A stretch of DNA of 64,000 nucleotides from a virus (Duplodnaviria > Heunggongvirae > Uroviricota > Caudoviricetes): the IMG/VR virus record IMGVR_UViG_3300042473_000506, one strand, 5' to 3'. The position numbers were made by a program, and so were the translations under genes. Positions 53,423 to 62,209 of this stretch are shown here, in pieces (the stretch's first letter is position 1; each line of letters starts with the position of its first letter). Below the pieces are notes generated by a model that did not search any database, was not told where the DNA came from, and worked only from the letters and a program-made list of their open reading frames with translations.

Positions 53423-55679
53423 CTGGAATCTTTGATTTAATGACTGGCATAACATCAACAATGTTAAGTTTTAGTTGTTCGTCTACTACATTAACTTCAA
53501 CTACTCCGCCGTTTGTTAATTTACCAAAAAGAATTTCACGACTCATAGGTTTCTTAATGAATTCGTCAATAGTTCTTTGCAAAGGACGAGCACCCATTTT
53601 ACTATTAAATCCTTTGGCAATTAAAAATTCAACTGCTTCGGCATTGGGTTTAACATGAATATTTTTGTCTTTAACTAATGCATTGAGCTCGTCAATAAAT
53701 TTCTTAACAACTTTGATCATTGTAACATGGTCTAACTTACCAAACTTAACAATACCATCTAAACGATTGCGGAATTCAGGCGCAAAGAATTTGTTAACAG
53801 CATCTTTAGGATCACTATCACGCTCTAGACTACCAAAGCCTACTGAATTCTTTTCAGCATCTGCGGAACCTAAGTTTGATGTCATAATGATAATAGCATT
53901 GCGACCATCTGCCTTTTTGCCGTTACTACCGGTAATAAAACCATTGTCCATTAATTGTAGCATAACAGTTAGTACATCCGGGTGAGCCTTTTCGACTTCG
54001 TCTAATAAAAGAACACAGTTAGGTGTTTCTTGTAAGCATGTAATCAACTGTCCTGCATTTTCATCAAATCCTACGTATCCAGGCGGCGCTCCAATAAATT
54101 TAGCAACACTATGTTTTTCCTGAAATTCACTCATATCAAATCGTACAAGTTTAATTCCCATACCAGTGGCGAGCTGTTTAGCAGCTTCAGTCTTTCCTAC
54201 GCCAGTAGGACCTACAAACAAGAAACTACCGACCGGCTTATTAAATGGTTTTAATCCTGCTTGGGCAATAAAAATCTTATCTAACAGGCTAGTGATAGCA
54301 TTTTCTTGACCGAAAACCTTGTTACGTAGGCCTTTTTCCAGACTTGCAAGATTAACACCTTCTTTTGAGCTAACCTGTTCAATTGGAAGATTAGCCAGTC
54401 TTGCAACTTCAAAAACAATCTCGTCATGATCAACAACTCCGTTTTCTTCGTCCTTAACTTTAAATCGAGCACATGCACAATCAATTAAGTCTAGCGCCTT
54501 ATCTGGAAGCTTCTTGTCAGTCATGTACTTAACAGAGTAGGTTACTGCATCAGTAATGGCTTGATTGGTAATCTTAACACCGTGGTGTTTTTCGTAATAC
54601 TTCTTAACACCTTTTAGGATCTTAATAGTAACTGCTTCACTAGGCTCGTCAATAGTAACACGCTGGAATCGACGCATTAGGGCGCGATCTTTTTCAAAGT
54701 GCTTGCGATATTCTTCCCAGGTAGTACTGGCGATAACTTTTAGTGTACCTTTTGTCAGCATAGGCTTGAGCATATTTGCCATGTCGTTACTGTTACCATT
54801 TGCAGCGCCTGCCCCGTTCATCATATGTGCTTCATCGATAAACAGAATACAATTTTTCTTCTTTTCTAACGCACTGATAATAGCTTTAAGACGTTCTTCA
54901 AAATCACCACGATACTTACTACCGGCAAGCATAGAACTAATGTCCATACTATAAACAGTGTGATCTTGAATAAATGTAGGAACAGTACCTTCAATGATTT
55001 TTTTAGCCAAGCCTTCTGCAATAGCAGTTTTACCTACACCGGGATCACCGATTAAAATAACGTTACTTTTGTTTCTTCGAGCAAGTACTAGTTGAACTTC
55101 TTCGATTTCTTTTTCACGACCGATAACTGGATCAATTTTCTTTGATTTTGCTTTTGCAGTTAGATTGGTGCAGAACTGACTAATCATCCTTTCAAGTTGG
55201 AGATTAGATCGTGTGCTACCTGCAGAACTCTCCTCATTGTCTTCTTTGCTATATTCTTTTTGGATAAAATTTAGGAATTTATCTTTATCGATATTTGCTT
55301 TTTTAATAAAGTGCGTGGCATAGCTTTTCTTTTCAGCAAACATGCTGATAAAACAATCAACTGGTTCAATAACATTTCTACCAGTAAACAACACCTGAGT
55401 AAACGCTCGATTTAAAACGCGATCAACTGTATTTGTTTTTTTAGGACGATCGACGCTTGGGTTAACAATTTCCTTTAAATCTTCTGATATATATTTTTCT
55501 AAGTCTGTAATTAAACTTTTAACGTCAGCACCAAAGCTACCGAGGAGTTTTGCAAATTCTTCGTTAGTAACTAGCCCGTGCAAGAAGTGTTCAAGAGTAA
55601 CATACTCGTGTTCGTGTTCGTTGGCTAGACTCACGGCTGATTCGAAAATCTGCTCAAGATCTTTATTTGGTTGTAGCAT
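53388..55679 (-). CDS. clpA: ATP-dependent Clp protease ATP-binding subunit ClpA
   Basis: N-domain HEYVTLEH; two AAA modules GDPGVGKT/LFIDEAH and GPTGVGKT/LLLDEVEKAH; FDMSEFQEKH, GAPPGYVG, GARPL. Confidence 0.96.
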   Translation of the reverse strand: MLQPNKDLEQIFESAVSLANEHEHEYVTLEHFLHGLVTNEEFAKLLGSFGADVKSLITDLEKYISEDLKEIVNPSVDRPKKTNTVDRVLNRAFTQVLFTGRNVIEPVDCFISMFAEKKSYATHFIKKANIDKDKFLNFIQKEYSKEDNEESSAGSTRSNLQLERMISQFCTNLTAKAKSKKIDPVIGREKEIEEVQLVLARRNKSNVILIGDPGVGKTAIAEGLAKKIIEGTVPTFIQDHTVYSMDISSMLAGSKYRGDFEERLKAIISALEKKKNCILFIDEAHMMNGAGAANGNSNDMANMLKPMLTKGTLKVIASTTWEEYRKHFEKDRALMRRFQRVTIDEPSEAVTIKILKGVKKYYEKHHGVKITNQAITDAVTYSVKYMTDKKLPDKALDLIDCACARFKVKDEENGVVDHDEIVFEVARLANLPIEQVSSKEGVNLASLEKGLRNKVFGQENAITSLLDKIFIAQAGLKPFNKPVGSFLFVGPTGVGKTEAAKQLATGMGIKLVRFDMSEFQEKHSVAKFIGAPPGYVGFDENAGQLITCLQETPNCVLLLDEVEKAHPDVLTVMLQLMDNGFITGSNGKKADGRNAIIIMTSNLGSADAEKNSVGFGSLERDSDPKDAVNKFFAPEFRNRLDGIVKFGKLDHVTMIKVVKKFIDELNALVKDKNIHVKPNAEAVEFLIAKGFNSKMGARPLQRTIDEFIKKPMSREILFGKLTNGGVVEVNVVDEQLKLNIVDVMPVIKSKIPDENTDTETELQ

Positions 55680-56172
55680 TAATTTTTTCCTTTTTAGCTT
55701 TCTTTGCGGCCATTGTCCATTTTAATGGACTGGTCCTATCTTGATAAGTAATACCTTCTAAATGATCGAACTCATGTAAAAAGCACTTACAGTTGTATCC
55801 GTCGAACTCACCTTCTTCCCATTCTCCGGAACTGTTTTGCCAACGTGCTTTAATAGCTGTTGGTCTTTTAATTTTAACATAAATTCCAGGGAAACTCAAA
55901 CATCCTTCCTCCAAATCTTCTGTTTCATTTGTATTTGCAATGATAATGGGATTAAAAAATGCCATGCCTGCATCTGGACTTTCTCGATGTCCCATAACAA
56001 ATACTCTAGCTGTTAGACCTAATTGATTTGCAGCAAGACCTATGCCATCTTGTGCGTACATAAATTCGAGCATCTGCCTTTCGAGTTCTTTTGGATTTAA
56101 TATCGGATTATTAAAATCAAAGTCTGGCATTCTTTCTCTAAGAATTGGGTTTGGAAATTTTACTATGTTCAT
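55663..56172 (-). CDS. def: Peptide deformylase
   Basis: GIGLAANQ, EGCLS, HEFDH. Confidence 0.96.
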   Translation of the reverse strand: MNIVKFPNPILRERMPDFDFNNPILNPKELERQMLEFMYAQDGIGLAANQLGLTARVFVMGHRESPDAGMAFFNPIIIANTNETEDLEEGCLSFPGIYVKIKRPTAIKARWQNSSGEWEEGEFDGYNCKCFLHEFDHLEGITYQDRTSPLKWTMAAKKAKKEKINATTK

Positions 56173-56180
56173 AATAATAT

Positions 56181-57005
56181 TTAAGAAACTATTTGACGTA
56201 TAAGATCTTTTTGTTGATCAGTAAGGTTTGTGGGTGTTTTTAAATTAATAGTTATCAGTAATCTACCCCGCATTCGATTATCTTGCATAAATGGCATACC
56301 GTATCCCTGCACACTCATTATTTGTCCGTGTTGTGTACCCGGGGGAATGTTTATTTCTAATGTTTTATTATCTAATGTAGTAAATTGTTTCAAACACCCA
56401 ATAATTGCTTCTAAAGAATTTACATCTAACGTTCTTACTAAATCGTCATTGTTTCGTTGAAAGACTGCATGTGGTATGACATGAATAGTTAAATGAATAT
56501 CACCTCTAGGTACACCACTAATACTGTCATCACCCATTTCTGATAGTCTTAGTGTAGTTCCATCCCTAACACCTGCTGGAATTTTTACTTCAAGTAATTG
56601 TTCTCTACCGGATGGTAGTTGTATATTGGCGATCAATTCTTTTCCACTAAATGCTTCCTCTAGCGTTATTTGAGTTTGAAGATTCATTATCCTGTTGCGA
56701 ACAGGTTGCTGTCTACGCTGTCCAAATATATCACCAAATGGGCCGCCCCCAAACCCCCGTAGGATATCTTCAAACCCCGGAGGCATTCCTCCGTACTGTT
56801 GAAATCCACCCTGTGGCTGCGGATTATCATATTGTGCTTTTTTATCTACATCCCCTAACGTGTCGTATGCTACTGATATTTCTTGAAACTTGGCAGTGTC
56901 TCCTCCACGATCCGGATGGTGTTTGGCTGCAAGTTTACGATATGCTTTCTTGATATCGTCTTGCGATGCCGAACGATCAACGCCTAAAATATTGTAATAA
57001 TCCAT
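56181..57005 (-). CDS. dnaJ: DnaJ-family co-chaperone (class II/CbpA-like, no Zn finger)
   Basis: J-domain YY.ILGV...IKKAYRKLA.KHHPD, G/F-rich linker, C-terminal IPAG...GD and IPPGTQ.G...GYGMP motifs. Confidence 0.93.
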   Translation of the reverse strand: MDYYNILGVDRSASQDDIKKAYRKLAAKHHPDRGGDTAKFQEISVAYDTLGDVDKKAQYDNPQPQGGFQQYGGMPPGFEDILRGFGGGPFGDIFGQRRQQPVRNRIMNLQTQITLEEAFSGKELIANIQLPSGREQLLEVKIPAGVRDGTTLRLSEMGDDSISGVPRGDIHLTIHVIPHAVFQRNNDDLVRTLDVNSLEAIIGCLKQFTTLDNKTLEINIPPGTQHGQIMSVQGYGMPFMQDNRMRGRLLITINLKTPTNLTDQQKDLIRQIVS

Positions 57006-57006
57006 A

Positions 57007-57043
57007 AGTAGAAAAAGGTATAGTAAATTATACTATACCTTTT
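57007..57043 (-). terminator. Intrinsic terminator after the 57063 gene
   Basis: 13-bp stem AAAAGGTATAGTA/TACTATACCTTTT followed by a T-rich tail on the - strand. Confidence 0.65.
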
Positions 57044-57055
57044 GGGTTGTGTCAA
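57027..57055 (-). promoter_or_regulatory. Perfect-consensus sigma70 promoter for dnaJ-def-clpA
   Basis: TTGACA-17 nt-TATAAT; the -10 box lies in the hairpin stem/loop. Confidence 0.75.
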
Positions 57056-57062
57056 CTGCTAG

Positions 57063-57293
57063 TTATTTCTTTTCCGGAACTGCTGTTCCCTCTACCTTTT
57101 TACGAACTTTAACCTTTTTGCATTCCTGCACAGGCTTACCGTCTTTGCCGTTAATTACTTTACCGGCTTTGTCTTTTTTCTCTGTGCATACTTCTTTCAT
57201 TTCCCCTTTTCCTGGACCTTCTTTGTCGTCGGCAGCATATGCATTACCCATAAGTGCTAGTGCAAGTCCTGCTACAAAAATAATATTTTTCAT
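57063..57293 (-). CDS. Small exported protein with signal peptide
   Basis: MKNIIFVAGLALALMGNAYA-A signal peptide; Lys-rich mature part with two Cys. Confidence 0.7.
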   Translation of the reverse strand: MKNIIFVAGLALALMGNAYAADDKEGPGKGEMKEVCTEKKDKAGKVINGKDGKPVQECKKVKVRKKVEGTAVPEKK

Positions 57294-57304
57294 TTTAATT
57301 TCCT

Positions 57305-57709
57305 TTAAATTAATGGTTGTGGTTCTTGTGGTACTATTAGTTTACCACTTACGGTTGTTGCATACGGAGATGCACTGGTACTGCCTGTCGAAGGTACGCC
57401 AAATGTTGGAGCCCTGCTTGATAATATGTCGGTTGTTGAGTTGCCATTTATAACTCCTCCTAATTTTTCCTGTCCTCTGCTCCACGCAGTAACTCCTACT
57501 ATAGCACCCATTGCTATATGAAAAAGTCCTGCACCTTGCAGTGTTAACGGTTGCCACTGAGATGTTACACTTCCTTTGTCCATAGCTTGTAACATGCTCC
57601 ATAAGATTGGAAATATAATAAAGTCAGTTATGCATACTATCATATACATCCATCCCATAGCTGGACGCCATTTTGTATTCATCCAGTCTTCTTTGCTACG
57701 GGCTGTCAT
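57305..57709 (-). CDS. Holin-like membrane protein (GTA 3TM-holin-like)
   Basis: WRPAMGWMY...FIIFP...GLFHIAMGAIVG..AWSRGQEK; lysis cassette context. Confidence 0.65.
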   Translation of the reverse strand: MTARSKEDWMNTKWRPAMGWMYMIVCITDFIIFPILWSMLQAMDKGSVTSQWQPLTLQGAGLFHIAMGAIVGVTAWSRGQEKLGGVINGNSTTDILSSRAPTFGVPSTGSTSASPYATTVSGKLIVPQEPQPLI

Positions 57710-57715
57710 AATATA

Positions 57716-58252
57716 TTATAGTTCAGGTTGTGGTTCTTCTGGAACAATACGTTTACCACTTGCAGTCATTGCAAATGTTTGACTATTTCCTTGTTGACCA
57801 AATCCGCCAAAACCTACGGGGACATTATTTCCAAAACTACTAGTCGGTGTTGCTCCGAATGCTGGCCCTGAACCGAATCCACCGTTGTTTGTTGAAGAAA
57901 TAGTAGAAGAACCTAATGGTCCACTAATTGTTGTCGATGAAGTTTTTGGTCCTCTATCCCATCCGGAATTTGCCGCCTTCAATGCTTCTTTCTGTGCTTC
58001 CTTGTCACCGGGACTTGCCAACATGATACCACTTAGTGTACCTGTTAAGAATGTAGCAATAGGAATGATTAATTCAAAGAACTTTTGATCAATTGGGCTA
58101 ATAGCGTTAAGTGGTTGTGTGACAAAAATTAACGAATATAACACTACGAATACAATTCCAAATAATGTCAATGACAAGCAAATGCCGATGAAAAATTTCA
58201 ATCGAGCCATTAACTGCTCTTCGGTATAAATGTGTTCTGTTTTATTTTCCAC
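57716..58252 (-). CDS. Two-TM membrane protein with low-complexity G/S/T tail
   Basis: Likely start is the GTG at 58252 after AAGGAG; two TM segments; C-terminus SGKRIVPEEPQPEL resembles SGKLIVPQEPQPLI of the holin-like gene. Confidence 0.65.
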   Translation of the reverse strand: MENKTEHIYTEEQLMARLKFFIGICLSLTLFGIVFVVLYSLIFVTQPLNAISPIDQKFFELIIPIATFLTGTLSGIMLASPGDKEAQKEALKAANSGWDRGPKTSSTTISGPLGSSTISSTNNGGFGSGPAFGATPTSSFGNNVPVGFGGFGQQGNSQTFAMTASGKRIVPEEPQPEL

Positions 58253-58532
58253 AGTTTGCTCCTTGTGTGTTAGGCGCTCCTGCAACTGGAGCAGAAATTG
58301 TTTTAGTCGGTTCATCTTTTGGTGGTCCTAATCTTGGGTCTCGTTGCCCTTTAAAAATGTGTTCGGGACAGGTACGAGTTACATCACAGGTGGGTAACTT
58401 GCATATTTGTTTATCCCAGTTATCTGGATTTTGGCAAGGATAACGAAAACTGTCACCATTGCTAAAATATGCTAACGCAAGCGGTGCTAATAGTAATACA
58501 AACACCCACTTGAGTAATTTTTTATCTTCCAT
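58242..58532 (-). CDS. Membrane-anchored protein with four-Cys periplasmic domain
   Basis: N-terminal TM; RYPCQNP..W....CK.P.C.V...C; AGGAG RBS. Confidence 0.7.
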   Translation of the reverse strand: MEDKKLLKWVFVLLLAPLALAYFSNGDSFRYPCQNPDNWDKQICKLPTCDVTRTCPEHIFKGQRDPRLGPPKDEPTKTISAPVAGAPNTQGANCGK

Positions 58533-58554
58533 TACTCGGCTCCTTTATATACCA

Positions 58555-58827
58555 TTATTTAACGCTTTCAAAGATTTTTCTTTGGGTGTTATACCACTCA
58601 TTCCAGCCATCTACTTTATTAGCACACTCGTAATATAATCCGTAGTTCTTAACCACAGTTTTAAGCAAGTCAGTGATAGCTACTTCTTTGCCAGTATTAT
58701 CTACTGTAGATAATTCTGGGCATTTTTCTTGTAGAGCAGGAACAGCATCTGGAAAGTTTCTTTTAACTGGAGTAGGTGCCGCACATCCTACCAATAATAC
58801 AGCAAGTCCTAAAATAATTATTTTCAT
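58555..58827 (-). CDS. Outer-membrane spanin (Rz1-like lipoprotein)
   Basis: Lipobox LLVG-C, Pro-rich N-terminus, two further Cys; directly downstream of the i-spanin. Confidence 0.75.
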   Translation of the reverse strand: MKIIILGLAVLLVGCAAPTPVKRNFPDAVPALQEKCPELSTVDNTGKEVAITDLLKTVVKNYGLYYECANKVDGWNEWYNTQRKIFESVK

Positions 58828-59357
58828 TTCTTAGGCTCTCCTGCTGCTTTGTTTAGTTTTGCCGCGGCATCATGTATATCGATTAATTCTTTAGGAACTG
58901 GGCAATTTTCAATATACTTTATAACTTCTTCTACGCGAACTCTTTCGGGACCCTGTACTTCTTTGATAATTTCTTTAGTTTCTAATTTATCAATATACTT
59001 TGTTATATACTCTGTCTTGCCCTTAATATACTCTTTTTGTTTTACAATTTTTTCTTGTACAACAACATTTTCTTTCTTAGACTCAACTTCGGCCGCAGCA
59101 ACTTTAGTTTCTAACTCTTTAACTCGATCACGCCACATCATTTCTGTAGTGTAGCCGCCTTTAAAATAAATTCCCGCAGTTAACAATACAGCACTGACTA
59201 TTTGAAATGCTAATGCGTATTTTGACAGTCCGGGAATTTTGTTTAAAATTTTGTGCAGTACAAAAAACGCCAGGATGAAACTAATAACCCCTACAATCAA
59301 TATTATATTGACAATGTACATCAACAGGGTGTCAGGGAGGAATGATAGTAACCACAT
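58824..59357 (-). CDS. Inner-membrane spanin (Rz-like)
   Basis: N-terminal TM segments, periplasmic coiled coil, C-terminal Cys (NCPVP...IHD.AA). Confidence 0.72.
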   Translation of the reverse strand: MWLLSFLPDTLLMYIVNIILIVGVISFILAFFVLHKILNKIPGLSKYALAFQIVSAVLLTAGIYFKGGYTTEMMWRDRVKELETKVAAAEVESKKENVVVQEKIVKQKEYIKGKTEYITKYIDKLETKEIIKEVQGPERVRVEEVIKYIENCPVPKELIDIHDAAAKLNKAAGEPKK

Positions 59358-59358
59358 A

Positions 59359-59994
59359 TTAATGGCCTAGAACGTGAAGTGCGTGATTGTAATGTTTGAT
59401 ACGATCTTCTAAACCAATTGTACCACCGTTGATACGCTTAGTCAATGTTAGAATGTCGCCTTTGTCTGCCCACTGATTTAAGTTGTTGGCTTCCCAGAAC
59501 CAGGCAGCACTTTGCACACAACCTTCGAATGTTGTTAGATGTTCGCCAGCTTCTTCAACTGAGATTTCTAAACTTTGTGCATATCGTGTATAGTTGTCCT
59601 TGCCAGTTAGCTGAATTAGACCACGACCGCAATAACGAAAACCGTCGCCTGACTCTTCTGGACCATTGCCCATACGTCCACCGTAGACCTTATTGGCAAT
59701 CATTTCTGGCTTGCCTGCATATTGAGCAGCAATGGCATCGTCGGAGAAATATTTAGGAAAAATCTTGCGTAGTGTCACAGCACGATAGTTTAAGTTTTCT
59801 TTGATTGCTCTATAGCCACCTGACTCGTGTGCAGTCTGTGCTAGGAATGCAGCAACACGTGGCGCTGTTTCAATATCATAATCTGGAAGAATTTGAGATA
59901 TTGCTTCGTACCACTGCTCTGCATACGGAGGATTTCCGCCTACACACTCTTTAAACTTTGCCAATGTAAATTCAAATTTAAATCCGTTACTCAT
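59359..59994 (-). CDS. Endolysin, glycoside hydrolase family 19
   Basis: FLAQTAHESGG, GRGLIQLTGKDNY, SAAWFW, TKRINGG. Confidence 0.93.
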   Translation of the reverse strand: MSNGFKFEFTLAKFKECVGGNPPYAEQWYEAISQILPDYDIETAPRVAAFLAQTAHESGGYRAIKENLNYRAVTLRKIFPKYFSDDAIAAQYAGKPEMIANKVYGGRMGNGPEESGDGFRYCGRGLIQLTGKDNYTRYAQSLEISVEEAGEHLTTFEGCVQSAAWFWEANNLNQWADKGDILTLTKRINGGTIGLEDRIKHYNHALHVLGH

Positions 59995-60013
59995 TTTTTA
60001 TCCTTTTTAAATT

Positions 60014-60763
60014 TTACCAACTGTTTTTTTCTATAACAACAGCCTTGTCGCCGTTCCTTATTAAAAATTTGTTATCTATCTTATTAATTTCGTAGCTGCC
60101 CATGTACTTGGCCAAAAAGAACATTTGACTTTGACTAGCTTCATCTAGACTTAATTTGCCTGGGACAGTATGCTTTACATCTTCATAATCACCGATTGCA
60201 ATAAACTTGGCTTGTATATCACCGGCATAGGGACGTTTGAAAGTTAGCATATTGTTTTCATCTAATGTAACATCCATTGCACCTTGATCAAAGAATTCCT
60301 GTACATCGTTTTCTTTGATTGCTACTATTTTACTTTGATATGCTTCGGACGTCATGGGGATATGTGTTTTTACAGAGTCTTCGTTAAACTCTACACTGGT
60401 AGATTCTTTCTGATAACGGAATCTCCATTCGTTGAATCTGCATAAATGTCCAATTCCACCTAATAATTCTTGTAATTGATTTTTTAGTTGGGGAGTTCTT
60501 TCAATTTCAACGAACACTTGATATTGTCCGTCGTTCTCTTCTCCTGCACTCATGTCGGCATCTAGAATAAAGTCGTAACCTTTTTCAATAAATTCCATTA
60601 GATCAATTGCGGGATGTTTTTCTCTAACACGGAAACTTAGTACAACGATATCAGTATCCTCTCCCATTTTGCTGCTGTATCTGTCAACGGTAAATGTCTC
60701 TGATACGTAGTTTTCTAAATCACCGTAACGGAGACCTTCGTTTAAATTATGCTGTTTGGTCAT
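60014..60763 (-). CDS. Hypothetical (possibly head-associated) protein
   Basis: Likely start MTKQHNLNE-GL (ATG at 60763), with an LxE leader. Confidence 0.65.
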   Translation of the reverse strand: MTKQHNLNEGLRYGDLENYVSETFTVDRYSSKMGEDTDIVVLSFRVREKHPAIDLMEFIEKGYDFILDADMSAGEENDGQYQVFVEIERTPQLKNQLQELLGGIGHLCRFNEWRFRYQKESTSVEFNEDSVKTHIPMTSEAYQSKIVAIKENDVQEFFDQGAMDVTLDENNMLTFKRPYAGDIQAKFIAIGDYEDVKHTVPGKLSLDEASQSQMFFLAKYMGSYEINKIDNKFLIRNGDKAVVIEKNSW

Positions 60764-61277
60764 TTGGTGCAACCTCCTCGGGTGTTTCTTGTGCGACTGA
60801 ATCAACGCTAACTTCTTGATTGCTGTATTTCATTAGCTCTGCCATTCTATTATTTTCTTTATTTTCCTTGCCTATGTAGATATCTTGCATTAATTTTTTA
60901 GGCATTGTAATTTCCACAGTCCAAATAGGATGTGCATCAATCTTACCCTTCTTTGTGCCCGGGCGGTAGTCGCCAGGATCTTTAATCTTTCTGGGCAATA
61001 GCACTTCTTCTTTGGCAAATACAACTTGACATCCGTAATCCACTAAACGCTTTCCGCCTTTAGGATCTGGCATATCTGCCCTGGGCCACATGAACTTACA
61101 GGTAACATCGTAACGATTTACGTCAGGCCCTTTAATAAGTTCTCCGTCTTCCCAGTTTGTAAAAACATAGATATCTAACTCATCAAGTACTCTCTCAAAG
61201 TCTTTTAGTACTTTAAATGCTGAGTTATTCTCGCTGAGTGTTTGTAAGTTTTTGATAACGTCTATAATGTCGTGCAT
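60747..61277 (-). CDS. Hypothetical protein
   Basis: 176 aa; TAAATA and GAGAG upstream. Confidence 0.7.
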   Translation of the reverse strand: MHDIIDVIKNLQTLSENNSAFKVLKDFERVLDELDIYVFTNWEDGELIKGPDVNRYDVTCKFMWPRADMPDPKGGKRLVDYGCQVVFAKEEVLLPRKIKDPGDYRPGTKKGKIDAHPIWTVEITMPKKLMQDIYIGKENKENNRMAELMKYSNQEVSVDSVAQETPEEVAPNDQTA

Positions 61278-61403
61278 TGCGGTTCTCTCTATTGAATATT
61301 TAGCTAAACGATACCTGGGACTCGTTTTTGGCCTATTATGTCGGAGATTTTAAGTTTGATCTTAAATACTTTGCAGGTTGATCAACATGATCAGGAGGTA
61401 AAA

Positions 61404-62159
61404 TTGCCTAGAGCCAAAAGAAGAGAAAGGGATTTTTCTATGGAAAAAGACCCTAGATTCCAAAAGAGCGCCGAGAGTAACTTGATTCCCATCAAGCAAT
61501 ACTTGAAGCGAAACCAGCAAGTCAATATAGTTCCACGGAACTTGTCTCAAGAGCAGTACTTAGAACTGCTTAAAAATCCTAAAAAATGTATAGTATTTGC
61601 CATCGGACCTGCGGGTACGGGTAAAACTATGCTGGCCGTGAAAATGGCTATTAAACTGTTCAAAGAGGGCATGGTTAAAAAGATCGTGGTTACTCGACCA
61701 GCAGTTAGTGTGGATGAAGAGCACGGGTTCTTGCCGGGAGACCTAAACGCTAAAATGGCGCCATGGACTCGACCTATATTCGATGTCTTCGAAGAATACT
61801 ACCACCCGCGAGAAATTGCGAGTATGCTAGAAGATGGTTCAATAGAGATTAGTCCGTTGGCATATATGCGAGGCAGAACATTTAAAAACGCCTTCATCGT
61901 TGCCGACGAAATGCAAAATGCCACACCATCACAGATGAAGATGCTGTTGACACGCATCGGAGATAACAGCCGAATGGTTGTTACAGGAGATTTAAATCAG
62001 GCTGACAGACCCAGAGAAAATGGGTTGCTAGAATTCTGCAATTTATACGGCCAAGGAGGTGATTATCGTATGATTGCTATGGCGGAGTTTGGTATACAAG
62101 ACATCGAACGTCACCCTGTTGTTAAGGAAGTCTTGCGTATTTACAAAGAAGAAGATTAA
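61404..62159 (+). CDS. phoH: PhoH-like ATPase
   Basis: GPAGTGKT, TRP, GFLPG, LAYMRGRTF, DEMQN, TGD..QAD. Start moved to the TTG at 61404 after AGGAGG. Confidence 0.95.
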   Translation: MPRAKRRERDFSMEKDPRFQKSAESNLIPIKQYLKRNQQVNIVPRNLSQEQYLELLKNPKKCIVFAIGPAGTGKTMLAVKMAIKLFKEGMVKKIVVTRPAVSVDEEHGFLPGDLNAKMAPWTRPIFDVFEEYYHPREIASMLEDGSIEISPLAYMRGRTFKNAFIVADEMQNATPSQMKMLLTRIGDNSRMVVTGDLNQADRPRENGLLEFCNLYGQGGDYRMIAMAEFGIQDIERHPVVKEVLRIYKEED

Positions 62160-62164
62160 GAGGG

Positions 62165-62208
62165 TAAACCGGGCGGCAGATCAACCTGCTCCACCTCCGC
62201 CCGGTTTA
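62165..62208. terminator. Hairpin between the convergent phoH and clamp-loader genes (probable bidirectional terminator)
   Basis: 12-bp inverted repeat TAAACCGGGCGG / CCGCCCGGTTTA. Confidence 0.65.
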
Positions 62209-62209
62209 A

